Source of the DNA: Phycisphaerales bacterium
Lineage (GTDB): Bacteria > Planctomycetota > Phycisphaerae > WQYP01
Assembly: GCA_027451365.1 (NCBI GenBank)
Contig: DAIDJN010000041.1
Coordinates: 25,679-89,678, forward strand
DNA length: 64,000 bases
Direction of reading: 5' to 3'
Positions 1-10,189 of the stretch are shown one piece after another. The first letter of the stretch is position 1. Each line of letters begins with the position of its first letter. Below the pieces are notes generated by a model. It had not been told where the DNA came from. It was given only the letters and a program-made list of their open reading frames with translations, and did no database searches. The position numbers and the translations under genes are program-made.

Positions 1-5
1 TGGTT

Positions 6-1277
6 GTGCTGCCGGTGATGGGCGTGATCATTGGCTATTTCGGCAAGCGGATGAAAAAGGCCAGCACCCGCAGCCTGCAGGGATGGTCGCAGGTGGTGGC
101 TATCAGCAATGAATCGTTGAACAACGTGCGTGTGGTAAAGGCTTATTCCGGTGGCGGCTACGAGCGGCGCCGATTCGCGCGGGCCAACCGGCATCTGCTG
201 CGCATGATTAAACGCGGCATTCACTACAATTCGCTGTCGCGTCCCGTATTTGAAACCCTTTCCATTATTCTTATCAGTATTCCGCTTCTGGTCATGTTTC
301 ATCTGGTGCTTGGCGGTACGATCAGCAAGGATTCGTTTCTGGTGATGTTGGCCTGTCTGGGCGCTATTTTTGAACCATTGCGGAAGCTCAACGATCTGAA
401 TAACCGGGTGCAGGTGGCCAACGCTGCGGCGGCCCGCTGTTTTGAAATTCTGGATTTGCCGACTGAAGAACCACCCGGCGACCTGCCCAAACTGCCACGG
501 CATACCGGTAGTGTTGAATTTCAGCATGTCGGTTTTCATTATCCCAATCGCGACAGGATGGTGCTTGAAGATATTAATTTGCGCGTGGAACATGGCCGCT
601 TTATTGCAGTCGTCGGTGCCAATGGGTCCGGAAAATCAACGCTGCTATCGCTGCTGACGCGGTTTTATGAACCGACTGCCGGCCGGGTACTGATCGATGG
701 AACCGATATTAAAACCGTTTCGCTGGCCTCCCTGCGCAGACAAATTGGCCTGGTCACACAGGATACCATGCTTTTTTCCGACACGGTTTACAACAATATT
801 GCCTACGGACAGCGACATGCGAGTGCAGACCAGATTTTGGATGCCGCGCGGCGCAGTTACGTGGATGACTTCGTTCGCGACCTGCCCCAGGGCTATGAGA
901 CTCAGGTGGGGCAGGGGGGTGCCATGCTTTCCGGTGGTCAGCGCCAGCGCATTGCGATCGCACGGGCGATTTTGCGCGACCCGGCCATTCTAATTCTTGA
1001 TGAAGCCCTGAGCCAGGCCGACAGCGAAAGCGAGGCGAAAATATCGTTAGCGCTGGCGGAATTTGTTAAAACCCGGACCACTTTTGTGATTGCCCATCAC
1101 TTCAGCACCGTTGTTTCGGCGGACCAGATTATTTGTCTGGAAAACGGGCGCATTGTAGGTGCCGGTCCGCACAGCGAATTGCTGGCCAGTTGCCCCATTT
1201 ACCGGCGGCTCTACGAAACGCAGCTTATGGGCCGTCCGGAAACTGCCAGCAGCAGCCCACGGGTGCCATTGGTCTAA
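6..1277 (+). CDS. ABC transporter permease/ATP-binding protein, MsbA/lipid-export-like (5' end truncated by window edge)
   Basis: In-frame ORF running from the window start. C-terminal nucleotide-binding domain has Walker A GANGSGKST, ABC signature LSGGQRQR and Walker B ILILDEA, with a hydrophobic TM segment preceding it. Confidence 0.8.
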   Translation: MLPVMGVIIGYFGKRMKKASTRSLQGWSQVVAISNESLNNVRVVKAYSGGGYERRRFARANRHLLRMIKRGIHYNSLSRPVFETLSIILISIPLLVMFHLVLGGTISKDSFLVMLACLGAIFEPLRKLNDLNNRVQVANAAAARCFEILDLPTEEPPGDLPKLPRHTGSVEFQHVGFHYPNRDRMVLEDINLRVEHGRFIAVVGANGSGKSTLLSLLTRFYEPTAGRVLIDGTDIKTVSLASLRRQIGLVTQDTMLFSDTVYNNIAYGQRHASADQILDAARRSYVDDFVRDLPQGYETQVGQGGAMLSGGQRQRIAIARAILRDPAILILDEALSQADSESEAKISLALAEFVKTRTTFVIAHHFSTVVSADQIICLENGRIVGAGPHSELLASCPIYRRLYETQLMGRPETASSSPRVPLV

Positions 1278-1403
1278 ACGCGCCAATTGTTGAAATTGGC
1301 CGCCTCTCTTCCGCCCGTACCCGATTCACCGCATAATAAAAGCCATAAGCCGGCCCAGGCCGCCGGATTTTTGCATGCGGTCTGGCACCCAGGCCGTCGC
1401 TTA

Positions 1404-2339
1404 ATGGCAGGACTTTCCGGTATGCTTAAACACAGACTTGTTTACGGACTTCTCTTTGGCATCGCCCTTCTGGCGATGTTTTATTTTGATCAGACTCTCT
1501 CGCGCGGCTGGCCGGCAAGGCCGCTGTCCTTTCCACCCGGGACTCTGATGGTGTTGACGCTGTTTATTATTATTCCACTGGCGGTCAGCGAAATGAGCCG
1601 TCTGCTGCAATACGAAAATGTCGTCATCTCCAAACGCGTCTGCATTCTCTCATCGCTATTGTGCATGCTCTGGCCGTGGTTGGAACAGCTTTCCGAATTA
1701 CTGCTTGATCACCCAAGCGGTGCCAACCCGCTAGCGGTAAAAATCGCCACCTGGTTCCACACCGTTAAGCCGCATTACCTGGTCCCCACGGTGATGGCCG
1801 TGGCGCTGGTTGGCGCGCTGGGTATGTTTTCCCGAAGGCAAAAGGTGGATGGAGCCATGGCCAACGCGGGCGGTTCGCTGCTCGCGATCGTGTACCTTGG
1901 GGTGTTGCCGGGATTTTATCTGCCTATTCGACTCAGCCATTCCGCCGGAATGATTGTTTCCATACTGCTAATTGTGAAATCCGCGGATATGGGTGCCTAT
2001 GGCGTGGGCCGACTTCTCGGGCGACACAAACTTGTCCCCTGGCTTTCCCCGGGTAAAACCTGGGAAGGATTTGTTGGTGGCGTTGCCGCCGCGGGGCTTG
2101 TGGGTGCCATGCTGACACACTTTACGCCGGAATTCGACTGGTGGCAGGGTGCCTTGGGCGGACTGCTGCTGGGCATCTGCGGTCAGATGGGCGATCTGCT
2201 GGAAAGCCTGCTGAAGCGCGATGCGGGTGTAAAAGATTCCGGAAGCGTGCCGGGCTTCGGCGGCGTGCTGGACCTGATGGATTCCCCACTGCTCGCCGCC
2301 CCGTTCGCCTATTGGATGCTTAAACTGGTCCATGGGTGA
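1404..2339 (+). CDS. cdsA: phosphatidate cytidylyltransferase (CDP-diglyceride synthase)
   Basis: Polytopic membrane protein with the CdsA C-terminal signature SPGKTWEGFVGG and GFGGVLDLMDS (GHGGxLDRxDS-like). Start chosen at the ATG at 1404; the track ORF begins at 1287 and the true start is uncertain. Confidence 0.7.
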   Translation: MAGLSGMLKHRLVYGLLFGIALLAMFYFDQTLSRGWPARPLSFPPGTLMVLTLFIIIPLAVSEMSRLLQYENVVISKRVCILSSLLCMLWPWLEQLSELLLDHPSGANPLAVKIATWFHTVKPHYLVPTVMAVALVGALGMFSRRQKVDGAMANAGGSLLAIVYLGVLPGFYLPIRLSHSAGMIVSILLIVKSADMGAYGVGRLLGRHKLVPWLSPGKTWEGFVGGVAAAGLVGAMLTHFTPEFDWWQGALGGLLLGICGQMGDLLESLLKRDAGVKDSGSVPGFGGVLDLMDSPLLAAPFAYWMLKLVHG

Positions 2340-2434
2340 ATGGTGCGCAATGACCGTCGCAGGCATTCCCCGTTCAGAGACATGCGCTTTGGTCCGCAGT
2401 TTCGCAGATTGCCGCCAATACCATAAAAAGGCAA

Positions 2435-3853
2435 TTAGCCACCGACCGGTGCAAGCTGGTAATGGCACAGTTTCGGCTGGTTGGCCATGTATTCCCGGTG
2501 CACAATGGTATCCCCAAGTTTATTCATGGCTTTTACCACGCGGGCAACCGCCCGGGCGGTGGCCGGGTCATTTTCAGTGGTGACGGGCAAATTCGGAGCG
2601 CCCCAGCCAAAATTCTGATACTCGGTCTGCACGCCATGCCAGGCGACAAAGTGATTCTGAATTTCCTCCCAGACTATGTTATTGACCTGATACGCCTGTT
2701 GCAGCATCGGTGTGAAATAGCGGGAAAGGTTCACTCCCTCGGCCAACTTGGCGGCGGTGAAGATGCCGACTTTTTGACCATTAATTGACAGCGTATACCG
2801 TGGCGCGGTCAGTCCGGTCACAGTTAACATTTCCCGATCCAATTGGTGCGTAAAGCCGCTGAGTCGATCGACCAAGGCGGTTACCGGATTGGTATATTTC
2901 GGATTTGGCTGGGGGGGCAGGAACATATCCCATGACGGAAATTGCGGCCAGTTTTCATGCAGTGCGATAATCGGCATCGGCAGGGCGCCATCCATCTGAT
3001 TCCAGGCGAGAGTGCCGCCTTGGGCGGTTACATCTGATATTTTCGTATTGACCGCATGAGCCACGGTACCTGTTGCGCTGATGCGGACGTTGGTAACCGT
3101 TGCCGGTGCACCCCAAGCCTTGAGCAACGCCTGGGCCATCATCATTTCCCCAGCCGCGCTGGGATGAACCCGCCCGGGCAGAATGCCGGCGGCCAGTTTT
3201 GGATTTATTTTTTCCGCCTCTTTGGTGACGTTCATCATCGGGGTATTAAAATCCACGCACATCAGATGATTTTTCGCGGCCAGCTTTTGAACAAAGTGGT
3301 CGTAGCGAATCAGGACCGCGTTATAGCCGCCAGGAAATCCGGGTGCCTGAGTGAAGTCGTCATAGGGAGATGTTTCCAGAAGAACAATCCGCACACCAGG
3401 CAGGTGCTTCTTAAGCGACGCAATAATGTGCTCATAACCCTTTTTATAGGTGTTAAAAATCCCCTGATCAAAAGGCCGGTAGCTTGCGTCATTCATGCCG
3501 AGCATGATGGTGACCACATCCGGTTTGAAGGGAAATACGTCGCGTTTCAGGCGAAGATCAATGGGGCCTGCCCAGCCACCAGTCACGCGGTCGCCGCCGA
3601 CGCCGGCATCCACAAAGCGAACATGAAGTTTCGGAAATCGCGTCAGGACATAGGTTTGCACATCGGCCGGATAGAACCGCTGCTCGGTAATGCTGTCTCC
3701 GTAAAAGCAGACACGGTCGCCATTTTTCAGAAAAAATGATTTTGCGGCCGCATGGGCCCGCGTGGCCGCAAATGGTGCAAGGAGAGTGATTGCCAACACC
3801 GGTAAAATACGAGATAGCCGCACGCCGTGTCCCCTTAAAAATGTTTTACGCAT
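2435..3853 (-). CDS. secreted SGNH/GDSL-family hydrolase with large C-terminal domain
   Basis: N-terminal signal peptide and GDSL block I (VCFYGDSITEQ). Convergent with cdsA. Confidence 0.55.
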   Translation of the reverse strand: MRKTFLRGHGVRLSRILPVLAITLLAPFAATRAHAAAKSFFLKNGDRVCFYGDSITEQRFYPADVQTYVLTRFPKLHVRFVDAGVGGDRVTGGWAGPIDLRLKRDVFPFKPDVVTIMLGMNDASYRPFDQGIFNTYKKGYEHIIASLKKHLPGVRIVLLETSPYDDFTQAPGFPGGYNAVLIRYDHFVQKLAAKNHLMCVDFNTPMMNVTKEAEKINPKLAAGILPGRVHPSAAGEMMMAQALLKAWGAPATVTNVRISATGTVAHAVNTKISDVTAQGGTLAWNQMDGALPMPIIALHENWPQFPSWDMFLPPQPNPKYTNPVTALVDRLSGFTHQLDREMLTVTGLTAPRYTLSINGQKVGIFTAAKLAEGVNLSRYFTPMLQQAYQVNNIVWEEIQNHFVAWHGVQTEYQNFGWGAPNLPVTTENDPATARAVARVVKAMNKLGDTIVHREYMANQPKLCHYQLAPVGG

Positions 3854-4424
3854 TGGGCCAGCCTCCGCCGGTGACCCGCAGAAGTGGTAGGTTAGATTCC
3901 AATGCGGCCAATGTCAATTCGGCAGGCGGCTACGCCCAAAATAATTTGAAACTAATCGAGGAAAGTAGAACGTAAGGAAATCGGGGCATTTGCCCAAGCC
4001 AGACGGCCGATTCGTTTACGCGAGTTAGACGGGCTAAACCAGCGGCTTAGTCTGTCCCGATGGCGACCGCAATATTCACTTGTCAAACAGCCGGACGCTG
4101 TGCGTCGCAATGTTTCGCCGGTTATTGGTTCGGGGTGCGGTTCTTCCGGATTTAGCGAACCGGTGCGTTCCTCGATATCAGTAACAGGTGTGTGCGGCGG
4201 CGATAATTGCAGCGCGCAATGAACTGGATGCCTGCGGATTCTCTGAACGAACCGCTTCACTGGAATACCGGAATGCTGTGCTTCAAGTTTTTCTTCCGTA
4301 TGGGCGGCGGGCAGACGGTATCGGATGAACAGACTGCCAAGAACGTGCATTGGCTTGGTACGTTGCGGATGCCAGTGTATGATTCAAATTACCGAAGCAA
4401 GGTCGGCCTTTCTCAAGGCAGTTT

Positions 4425-5450
4425 ATGGTCGCACTGGATAAACAATTTGACCACCACCACGGCACCAAGCCACAAGGCCGTGGCCGCTGGCGCGATGAGA
4501 CCTGGCAGACGGGAAAATCTCTTGGTCGCCAGACCGCAGGCATCTTGTCTGCCCGTAGTCACCGCGATACCTCCAATTCCTCCAATGCCTCCTGTGCGAA
4601 TGAAATAATCTACTGCGGCTACCGCCTTGATCCGGAATCGCAGCTTTATTACGTCCGCAATCGGACATATAACCCTGTTCTCGGCCGTTGGATTCAGCGT
4701 GATCCGATTGGATATGACGGCGGGATTAATTTGTATCAGGTTGTTGGGAGCGGGCCGGTGGGCGCGGTGGATCCGAGCGGACTGGGACGACAGGGAAATT
4801 ATCCAAGCCCGCCTTATCCTGCCCCCAACTGGGGGCATGGGTACGGTAATTTAATCTATAATTACGAGCTGTTAAAGGTAAAAGTGTGTCCGGCCGACCT
4901 CGCGAATGATATCAAGGCAGCCCGGGGACAACTGGGACAGTTCTCGGCGTTCAACAAAGGCAATATTGCTAACGTGCGGCTGAATCTGATAAGAGGGGGA
5001 ATCTACGCCGATTTTGGCCTGGACTATTGGTCATTGGCGATTGGCAATTACCTCAATGGAAACGATAATTTAGTAAGGCTTATCTACGGTGGCCAATATC
5101 TGGAGGCGGTTACACAGAACAACCATTTTTTGGTCGGAATCCGACGTTGGTATGTGATGCCGTTCTCCAAGGATTCGTTTATTGTGTTTACCCAAGCGTT
5201 TGAACGGGCGAACGGCTGGTCTAACTGGGTGGGTAACAAGGTGATCGACGTTGAATCTATCACCTTCCAAATCTGGGTTCGAGAACTGATAAACGTCGCG
5301 TTATTCATTAAGGGAATGCCGGGCGGGGCTTCCTGGGGTACCCCAATCAATTATTGGCACGAAACTCCGGGAGCGACGAACGCGAGCGGAAATCCCTGGA
5401 TTCAGACGTTGCCGCCGTCGCAAAGAATTGGGTTGCCATCGACGCGATAA
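4425..5450 (+). CDS. orphan Rhs C-terminal fragment: RHS repeat-associated core motif followed by an uncharacterised ~220-aa toxin-tip domain (5' truncated, no YD-repeat body upstream)
   Basis: Contains YYVRNRTYNPVLGRWIQRDPIGYDGGINLYQVVGSGPVGAVDPSGL, the canonical end of the Rhs core (YYxxRYYDPxxGRFxxxDPIG...DPxGL). Everything after DPSGL is unique sequence. No credible start codon or RBS near the core motif, and 3853-4425 has no YD repeats. Confidence 0.6.
   Translation: MVALDKQFDHHHGTKPQGRGRWRDETWQTGKSLGRQTAGILSARSHRDTSNSSNASCANEIIYCGYRLDPESQLYYVRNRTYNPVLGRWIQRDPIGYDGGINLYQVVGSGPVGAVDPSGLGRQGNYPSPPYPAPNWGHGYGNLIYNYELLKVKVCPADLANDIKAARGQLGQFSAFNKGNIANVRLNLIRGGIYADFGLDYWSLAIGNYLNGNDNLVRLIYGGQYLEAVTQNNHFLVGIRRWYVMPFSKDSFIVFTQAFERANGWSNWVGNKVIDVESITFQIWVRELINVALFIKGMPGGASWGTPINYWHETPGATNASGNPWIQTLPPSQRIGLPSTR
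4537..4610 (+). repeat. direct repeat copy 1 (~70 bp), inside the Rhs-CT fragment just upstream of the core motif
   Basis: gcaggcatcttgtctgcccgtagtcaccgcgatacctccaattcctcc... is a 48-bp core with 3 mismatches versus the copy at 6941-7008. It contains an extra 9-bp tandem duplication (aattcctcc aatgcctcc). Weaker similarity continues about 20 bp further. Confidence 0.8.
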
Positions 5451-5531
5451 GCGTCGGTCAAAATGGGACTGCGCGACGGCGATGTGCTGCACGACGCGCT
5501 TGCTTTTGTCGCCCTGTGACCTCGGAGTGTT

Positions 5532-6491
5532 TTGATGCGGTTTGCCAGTCTTAGGTCGTGGTTTTTAATTTCCGTGATACTGTGCGGGCTGATCGCTGTG
5601 GAGGTAACGGCAGTGGTCTCATCGCTTCACCAGATTAAGCACGCATCGCATTCGCCTGACGCGACTCCGGTGTGGATATATGTGCTGCTCCTGGCGGCCA
5701 TGCCATCAGGTACGTTGCCCACGCTGGCCTGTCTGGCGGTCGCATGCTGGGCATTGCTTCGTAGGTCAAACCGTGTCCCTTTCTTAATCGCCGGATTGGC
5801 CGTGTTAGATTACCTGTCGACAGCCGTGAGCCTTTGCGGGAGGGCCCTTTCTGGTTTTATGACCTACGGCGGATTATTCGGGCTCGGTGCCGCGTATTCC
5901 TACGGCGCGATCGCGACGTTAGCGCTCCTGATCTCCATATGCCTCACCGTTATTCTGATTTTGTGCTGCGCAATCCGGGCCAAGCGGGTTGCTCCGGCCG
6001 TTGCGGAAGTGCCGATCACCGGGAGAAAATCCGGGTTGCCCGAGCGGCTTTTGCGATATGCAGCAATGGCGTTTTTTCTTTATGTTATTATTAACTCTCT
6101 TTTTTCGACGTACAGCAACCTGGCAGGGCATCGCGCGCATGCCGAAATTCAAGCGGCTCCGCCCTGTCCCGGTTTCGCGGCGGCGATTGGCTTGGCGAGC
6201 GGTTTACTGCTTATTGTGGAGGGAATCTGGCCTTCGCCCGTTGTCATTGCTACATCAGGCGCATCGGCCGAAAAATGGAGACTGGCTCTGATCGTTTGCG
6301 GCAGCGGGGCATTTGCCGCGTTCGGGGATTCTTGCTTGGTCTTCAGCGGCGCGATGCGCGACTGGTATTTCACGCGCTGGGTGTGGTGCGAGGCGGCAGT
6401 ATATTTTGCGGCCGCTTATACAGCAGTTGCCGTAATTCTTGCCATGAAAGCAAATTCGGTGGTCAATCGCTGGGGTGCCCGCCAGTTGTGA
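5532..6491 (+). CDS. polytopic inner-membrane protein, hypothetical (candidate cognate immunity protein for the upstream Rhs-CT toxin)
   Basis: 319-aa ORF with about 8 hydrophobic helices, immediately downstream of and co-oriented with the toxin-tip ORF. No recognisable catalytic motifs. Confidence 0.4.
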   Translation: MMRFASLRSWFLISVILCGLIAVEVTAVVSSLHQIKHASHSPDATPVWIYVLLLAAMPSGTLPTLACLAVACWALLRRSNRVPFLIAGLAVLDYLSTAVSLCGRALSGFMTYGGLFGLGAAYSYGAIATLALLISICLTVILILCCAIRAKRVAPAVAEVPITGRKSGLPERLLRYAAMAFFLYVIINSLFSTYSNLAGHRAHAEIQAAPPCPGFAAAIGLASGLLLIVEGIWPSPVVIATSGASAEKWRLALIVCGSGAFAAFGDSCLVFSGAMRDWYFTRWVWCEAAVYFAAAYTAVAVILAMKANSVVNRWGARQL

Positions 6492-6940
6492 TTGAATTTA
6501 TTCTTCCGCGGCCGGTACGCCGGCGCGGGCGGCGGATTTTGGGTCACAGCGGATTGTGATTCAGCTAATATTCATGATAATTCAGAATTGAGAGGCTGGT
6601 GTAGCGGCCGAGGTGTGCCGGCGAAGTGTTCCAGCGAGTGCAAGTCTCGCTCCGGTAAAGGCCGTTGCGACCGGGAAGCTATCCCAGTGGCGGCGAAAGG
6701 AAAATCCATCTTCCGCAGTCGGCTGATTTCCCCAGTTTGCCGACTGTTGCGTAATTTGGATTTGGGCAATAGGCGACACGTTTTTGGTATCCGGTCCGAG
6801 AAAATATTTACCGTGAATTTGAACAAGGGTGTAATCCAAGTCAACACAGCTTGAAAAGGGATCGCGCGTTTGGTTGCAACTGACGAAATGTTTTCGGAAT
6901 GCCTGCTTGCCAGCCAAAGCCCCCGGCGGCAGAATTGTGG

Positions 6941-7008
6941 TGCAGACATCTTGTCTGCCCGTAGTCCTCGCGATACCTCCAATTCCTCCTGTGAGAATTT
7001 AAATCATC
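6941..7008 (+). repeat. direct repeat copy 2 (~68 bp)
   Basis: gcagacatcttgtctgcccgtagtcctcgcgatacctccaattcctcctgtgagaatttaaatcatc has the same orientation as copy 1. The sequence after it is unrelated to Rhs. Confidence 0.8.
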
Positions 7009-7559
7009 GAAAAGCCTCCTTCACTGGCGTCGTGTGTTTGTGCGGTCGTGGTGAAGATCAGTTGTTGTTTAATGCGCATTGTTCATTGCCATGTGAGCAA
7101 ATCGCCAAAGTGTATAGAAATATGAGGATATGTCAAAATACTACTTTTACGCGTGGAATATCCACACCATGAAATGGGCTTGCTGGAGTTGGCGACCAAG
7201 ACCCGCGGCTCACCATGGACGAAAGCGTGATTCACCTTTTCCGATCATCCGATGCGGCGAATCCGCCTGCTCTGTTTGATTCGCGGGCTGTGGAAACGGA
7301 GCCTGGCTAAGATTTTAAGACGCCGGCAACCGAACAGGACGGCATACCGTTATGCCTGGCCTGAGCCACCCCGCCACAGTTCGACTCTACACGTGGATCG
7401 GCCAATTTCCCAGACGGATCGGACAATGCCCGGTCAGCGTTCCGAATCCGGATTTACCGAAATGGCCGAATCGCGGACGCGTTTCGCCGCAGCATTCTAT
7501 TGCGGCGGACTGGGAACGGGGCCGTGATTCAATTTTTTGGGTCAGGCGGCGGACTGTTT

Positions 7560-10118
7560 TCAGGCGCGCATCGCCGGCGCAATATCGTAGATGCTGCGCA
7601 ATACCAACTGCCGGTTCAGTTCTTCCGGCGGCAGCGGCTTTTCCAGTGTGATATGAATCGTGCTGGTGCGGCCCGGATACAAATGAATATAATTATCCGA
7701 ATACATCGCACCGGCGTTGCGCAATTCCGCCCAGAACCAGAGGGCCGGGACGTCGGTGGCAACTCGCAAATGGTAATGCCGGCCACTTCCGCGAATGGTG
7801 GATACAAGCGATGGTTTGTTCAGCTTAAGTTCCACGGGGCGCGTAAAGAAAAGTGTATTTTCCGCCACCCTGTGGCCCTGCACCAGAACCGTCGGCCAGA
7901 TCAGCAGATTGGCCGCTCCATGAGTCTTGACCAGGTCGGAAAGGTCCAATGCGTGGGCCATGCGGCTGGTGCGGGCCGGAATCGTGATCATTCGGGAGCC
8001 ATTTAAAAGCTCCTTGCCGGCCAAATCGGTGACTCGCCAGTACAGTTCACCGGACGCGTCCGTCTGGCGATCACTGGTAACAAACAATTCAGCCTTTCCC
8101 GTGGCAGGATCTGGAATGCCGCTGACCAGCACAGGCGCAAAGAAATGCCGCGACTGGTACTGAATCGTCTTCCAGCGGCGGTCGTAGTCGATCATCGACC
8201 AGGTGGGGCCGGGCCAGCAATCGTTATATTGCCAGATGGTGGCCGCCATCGACCGCGGCATGTCACGTCGCCAGTGTTCCACGCCGTAACGGATGCCGTA
8301 GGCCTGGTTGATCTGGGTCAGTCGAAGCGCACTTTCAAAATCGTCAGGCGTTTTTCCAAAATACAGATTGGTATAGTGCATGATGATGCCAATGCCGTGA
8401 CCGGTGCCATCCATTTCGTGGTAGCGCATGACCGGCGAATGGATTGAATCACGATCCGCGGCATCCGTGTAGGTGTCCACGGTTTTGGGCGCGGGAAATG
8501 ACTGCATGCCGAATTCGGTCACAAATCCCTGAACGGTCCGGTATTGTTCAAACGGGGCGTTGCCATGCCAAACATTCCACGTGTGAATGTCTCCACTGCC
8601 GGTGGCTCCGCTGCCGACTTCATAAAACGCGCCGGGCAGCAGACGTCGGACCGTTCCGCCGATGACTTCGCCAAAAAGATGGTAATATCCTTTGAAATCC
8701 TGAATTTCGTTGTTGCCGCTCCAGATGACAATGGAGGGATGGTTGCGGCAGCGGCGAACCTGCTGGTCAAGCTCGGTCTGAAGATTGTTCATCCATTGGT
8801 CGTCATGAACGGGATATACATTGTTGGCAAATTTGAATTCAAATTGCAGCATCAGGCCAAGTTCGTCGCATAAATCGAACAGTTCATCCTCTTCATAATA
8901 ACCGCCGCCCCAGAGCCGGATAAAATTGAAATGGCAGTCTGCGGCGGTGCGCATATACCATCGCAGAAGATCCGGTGTGACGCGCGTGGGCAGATTGTCG
9001 GCGGGAATCCAGTCGGCGCCTTTTACGAATACCGGAACGCCGTTGACTTTCACGTGCATGGCGGTGCCATCTTTCGGCGGCAGAACTTCCACTTTTCGCA
9101 GGCCAATGCGGCGGCTGCGCGAGTCTAGAATGCCGTTGGGGCCGATCAATTCCACCTTTACTGAATAAAGTGGGTGGGCGCCCATGCCGTTGGGCCACCA
9201 GAGTTGCGGCTGACTCACCGTCAGGTCAATTCGAGATTCGCCCGCTGCCAGTGTTCCCGCACTTTCGGTTACCGGCACGCCCGCCATGGAAACAACGGCG
9301 CGCACACGGGTGCCGTCTGGTGCCCCCTCAGCCAGAGTATGTACAGCCAGGGCCACTGTGCCATCGGTATTGTGGGACTGCAGGATACCAACGTCCGTTA
9401 TGCGGGAATCAAAGGCTTGAATCTCTATATTTTTCCAGATGCCCTGCGTTAAAAGGCCGCGGCACCAGTCCCAGCCCCACATATAGGGACCCTTGCGAAT
9501 CCAGCATCGGGCATCGCTTAAGTCAATATTGTATTTTGCCTTATACGCAGCTGATAATGTTTTGACAGTGGGTGTTAAGCTGGCAAAACGAATATGCAGA
9601 GTATTGGCGCCGGGGCGCAGGTGACGCTTGACGTCGAATGTCCAGGTGCGGAACATATTATCCGTGGTGCCCAACTGATGGCCGTTGACCCAGATCGTCG
9701 CCAGTGTGTCAAGTCCATCGCACTGGAGATGCACATGAGCGCGATCGAGCATGGCAGCTGAAACTTTAAACGTCCGGGCATAAATCCAGTTTTTGTCGGC
9801 AACCCATTGAACGCGGTCATTGTTCTGGCGGTAAAACGGATCCGGGATTTTTCCGGCGCGCAAAAGGTCTGTATAGGTGCTTCCCGGTACCTCGGCCGGT
9901 ATAGTTTGGGTTTCGCCTTCCTGCTGGAGTGTCCACCCGGCACCCGCCAGCGACAGGCATTCCGGCGTTTGGCTGAAAGCAACAGCCGGGGCGTCGTGGG
10001 TGGTAGTTGATTGACAACCTGTGATTGCCACACAGGTACTGGCCGCGGCGGCAACCTGTAAAATCTGGCGACGGCTGAGAACAGGTCCAGCGGTGGGGGT
10101 GGTTTTGTTGAATTCCAT
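7560..10118 (-). CDS. glycoside hydrolase family 2, beta-mannosidase-like, Tat-secreted
   Basis: 852-aa product with GH2 sugar-binding, immunoglobulin-like and TIM-barrel regions (WWPNGMGAHPLY, NEIQDFKG, WSGNNE motifs). N-terminus MEFNKTTPTAGPVLSRRQILQVAAAAS is a twin-arginine signal. Start at the ATG at 10118, preceded by AAGGA; the track ORF extends to 10187. Confidence 0.75.
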   Translation of the reverse strand: MEFNKTTPTAGPVLSRRQILQVAAAASTCVAITGCQSTTTHDAPAVAFSQTPECLSLAGAGWTLQQEGETQTIPAEVPGSTYTDLLRAGKIPDPFYRQNNDRVQWVADKNWIYARTFKVSAAMLDRAHVHLQCDGLDTLATIWVNGHQLGTTDNMFRTWTFDVKRHLRPGANTLHIRFASLTPTVKTLSAAYKAKYNIDLSDARCWIRKGPYMWGWDWCRGLLTQGIWKNIEIQAFDSRITDVGILQSHNTDGTVALAVHTLAEGAPDGTRVRAVVSMAGVPVTESAGTLAAGESRIDLTVSQPQLWWPNGMGAHPLYSVKVELIGPNGILDSRSRRIGLRKVEVLPPKDGTAMHVKVNGVPVFVKGADWIPADNLPTRVTPDLLRWYMRTAADCHFNFIRLWGGGYYEEDELFDLCDELGLMLQFEFKFANNVYPVHDDQWMNNLQTELDQQVRRCRNHPSIVIWSGNNEIQDFKGYYHLFGEVIGGTVRRLLPGAFYEVGSGATGSGDIHTWNVWHGNAPFEQYRTVQGFVTEFGMQSFPAPKTVDTYTDAADRDSIHSPVMRYHEMDGTGHGIGIIMHYTNLYFGKTPDDFESALRLTQINQAYGIRYGVEHWRRDMPRSMAATIWQYNDCWPGPTWSMIDYDRRWKTIQYQSRHFFAPVLVSGIPDPATGKAELFVTSDRQTDASGELYWRVTDLAGKELLNGSRMITIPARTSRMAHALDLSDLVKTHGAANLLIWPTVLVQGHRVAENTLFFTRPVELKLNKPSLVSTIRGSGRHYHLRVATDVPALWFWAELRNAGAMYSDNYIHLYPGRTSTIHITLEKPLPPEELNRQLVLRSIYDIAPAMRA

Positions 10119-10189
10119 TAAGACATCCTTTGCATGAAAGCGGGTATAAACTGCGGATTTGACGGATGCCGCAGATACCCGCGACAAAA

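Noticed and set aside
3056-3739. 227-aa plus-strand ORF
   Set aside because: Fully antisense to the SGNH hydrolase gene. Composition is His/Arg/Cys-rich and non-protein-like.
6492-7172. ORFs 6492-6854 (+), 6572-6982 (-) and 6870-7172 (+) between the membrane-protein gene and the GH2 gene
   Set aside because: Arg/Gly/Cys-rich non-protein-like translations. The region is better explained as non-coding DNA containing direct-repeat copy 2. No small immunity-like ORF could be supported.
7500-10054. Plus-strand ORFs 7500-8006, 8145-8447, 8544-8873, 9170-9565 and minus ORF 9575-10054
   Set aside because: All lie inside or antisense to the GH2 gene. Out-of-frame shadows typical of high-GC DNA.
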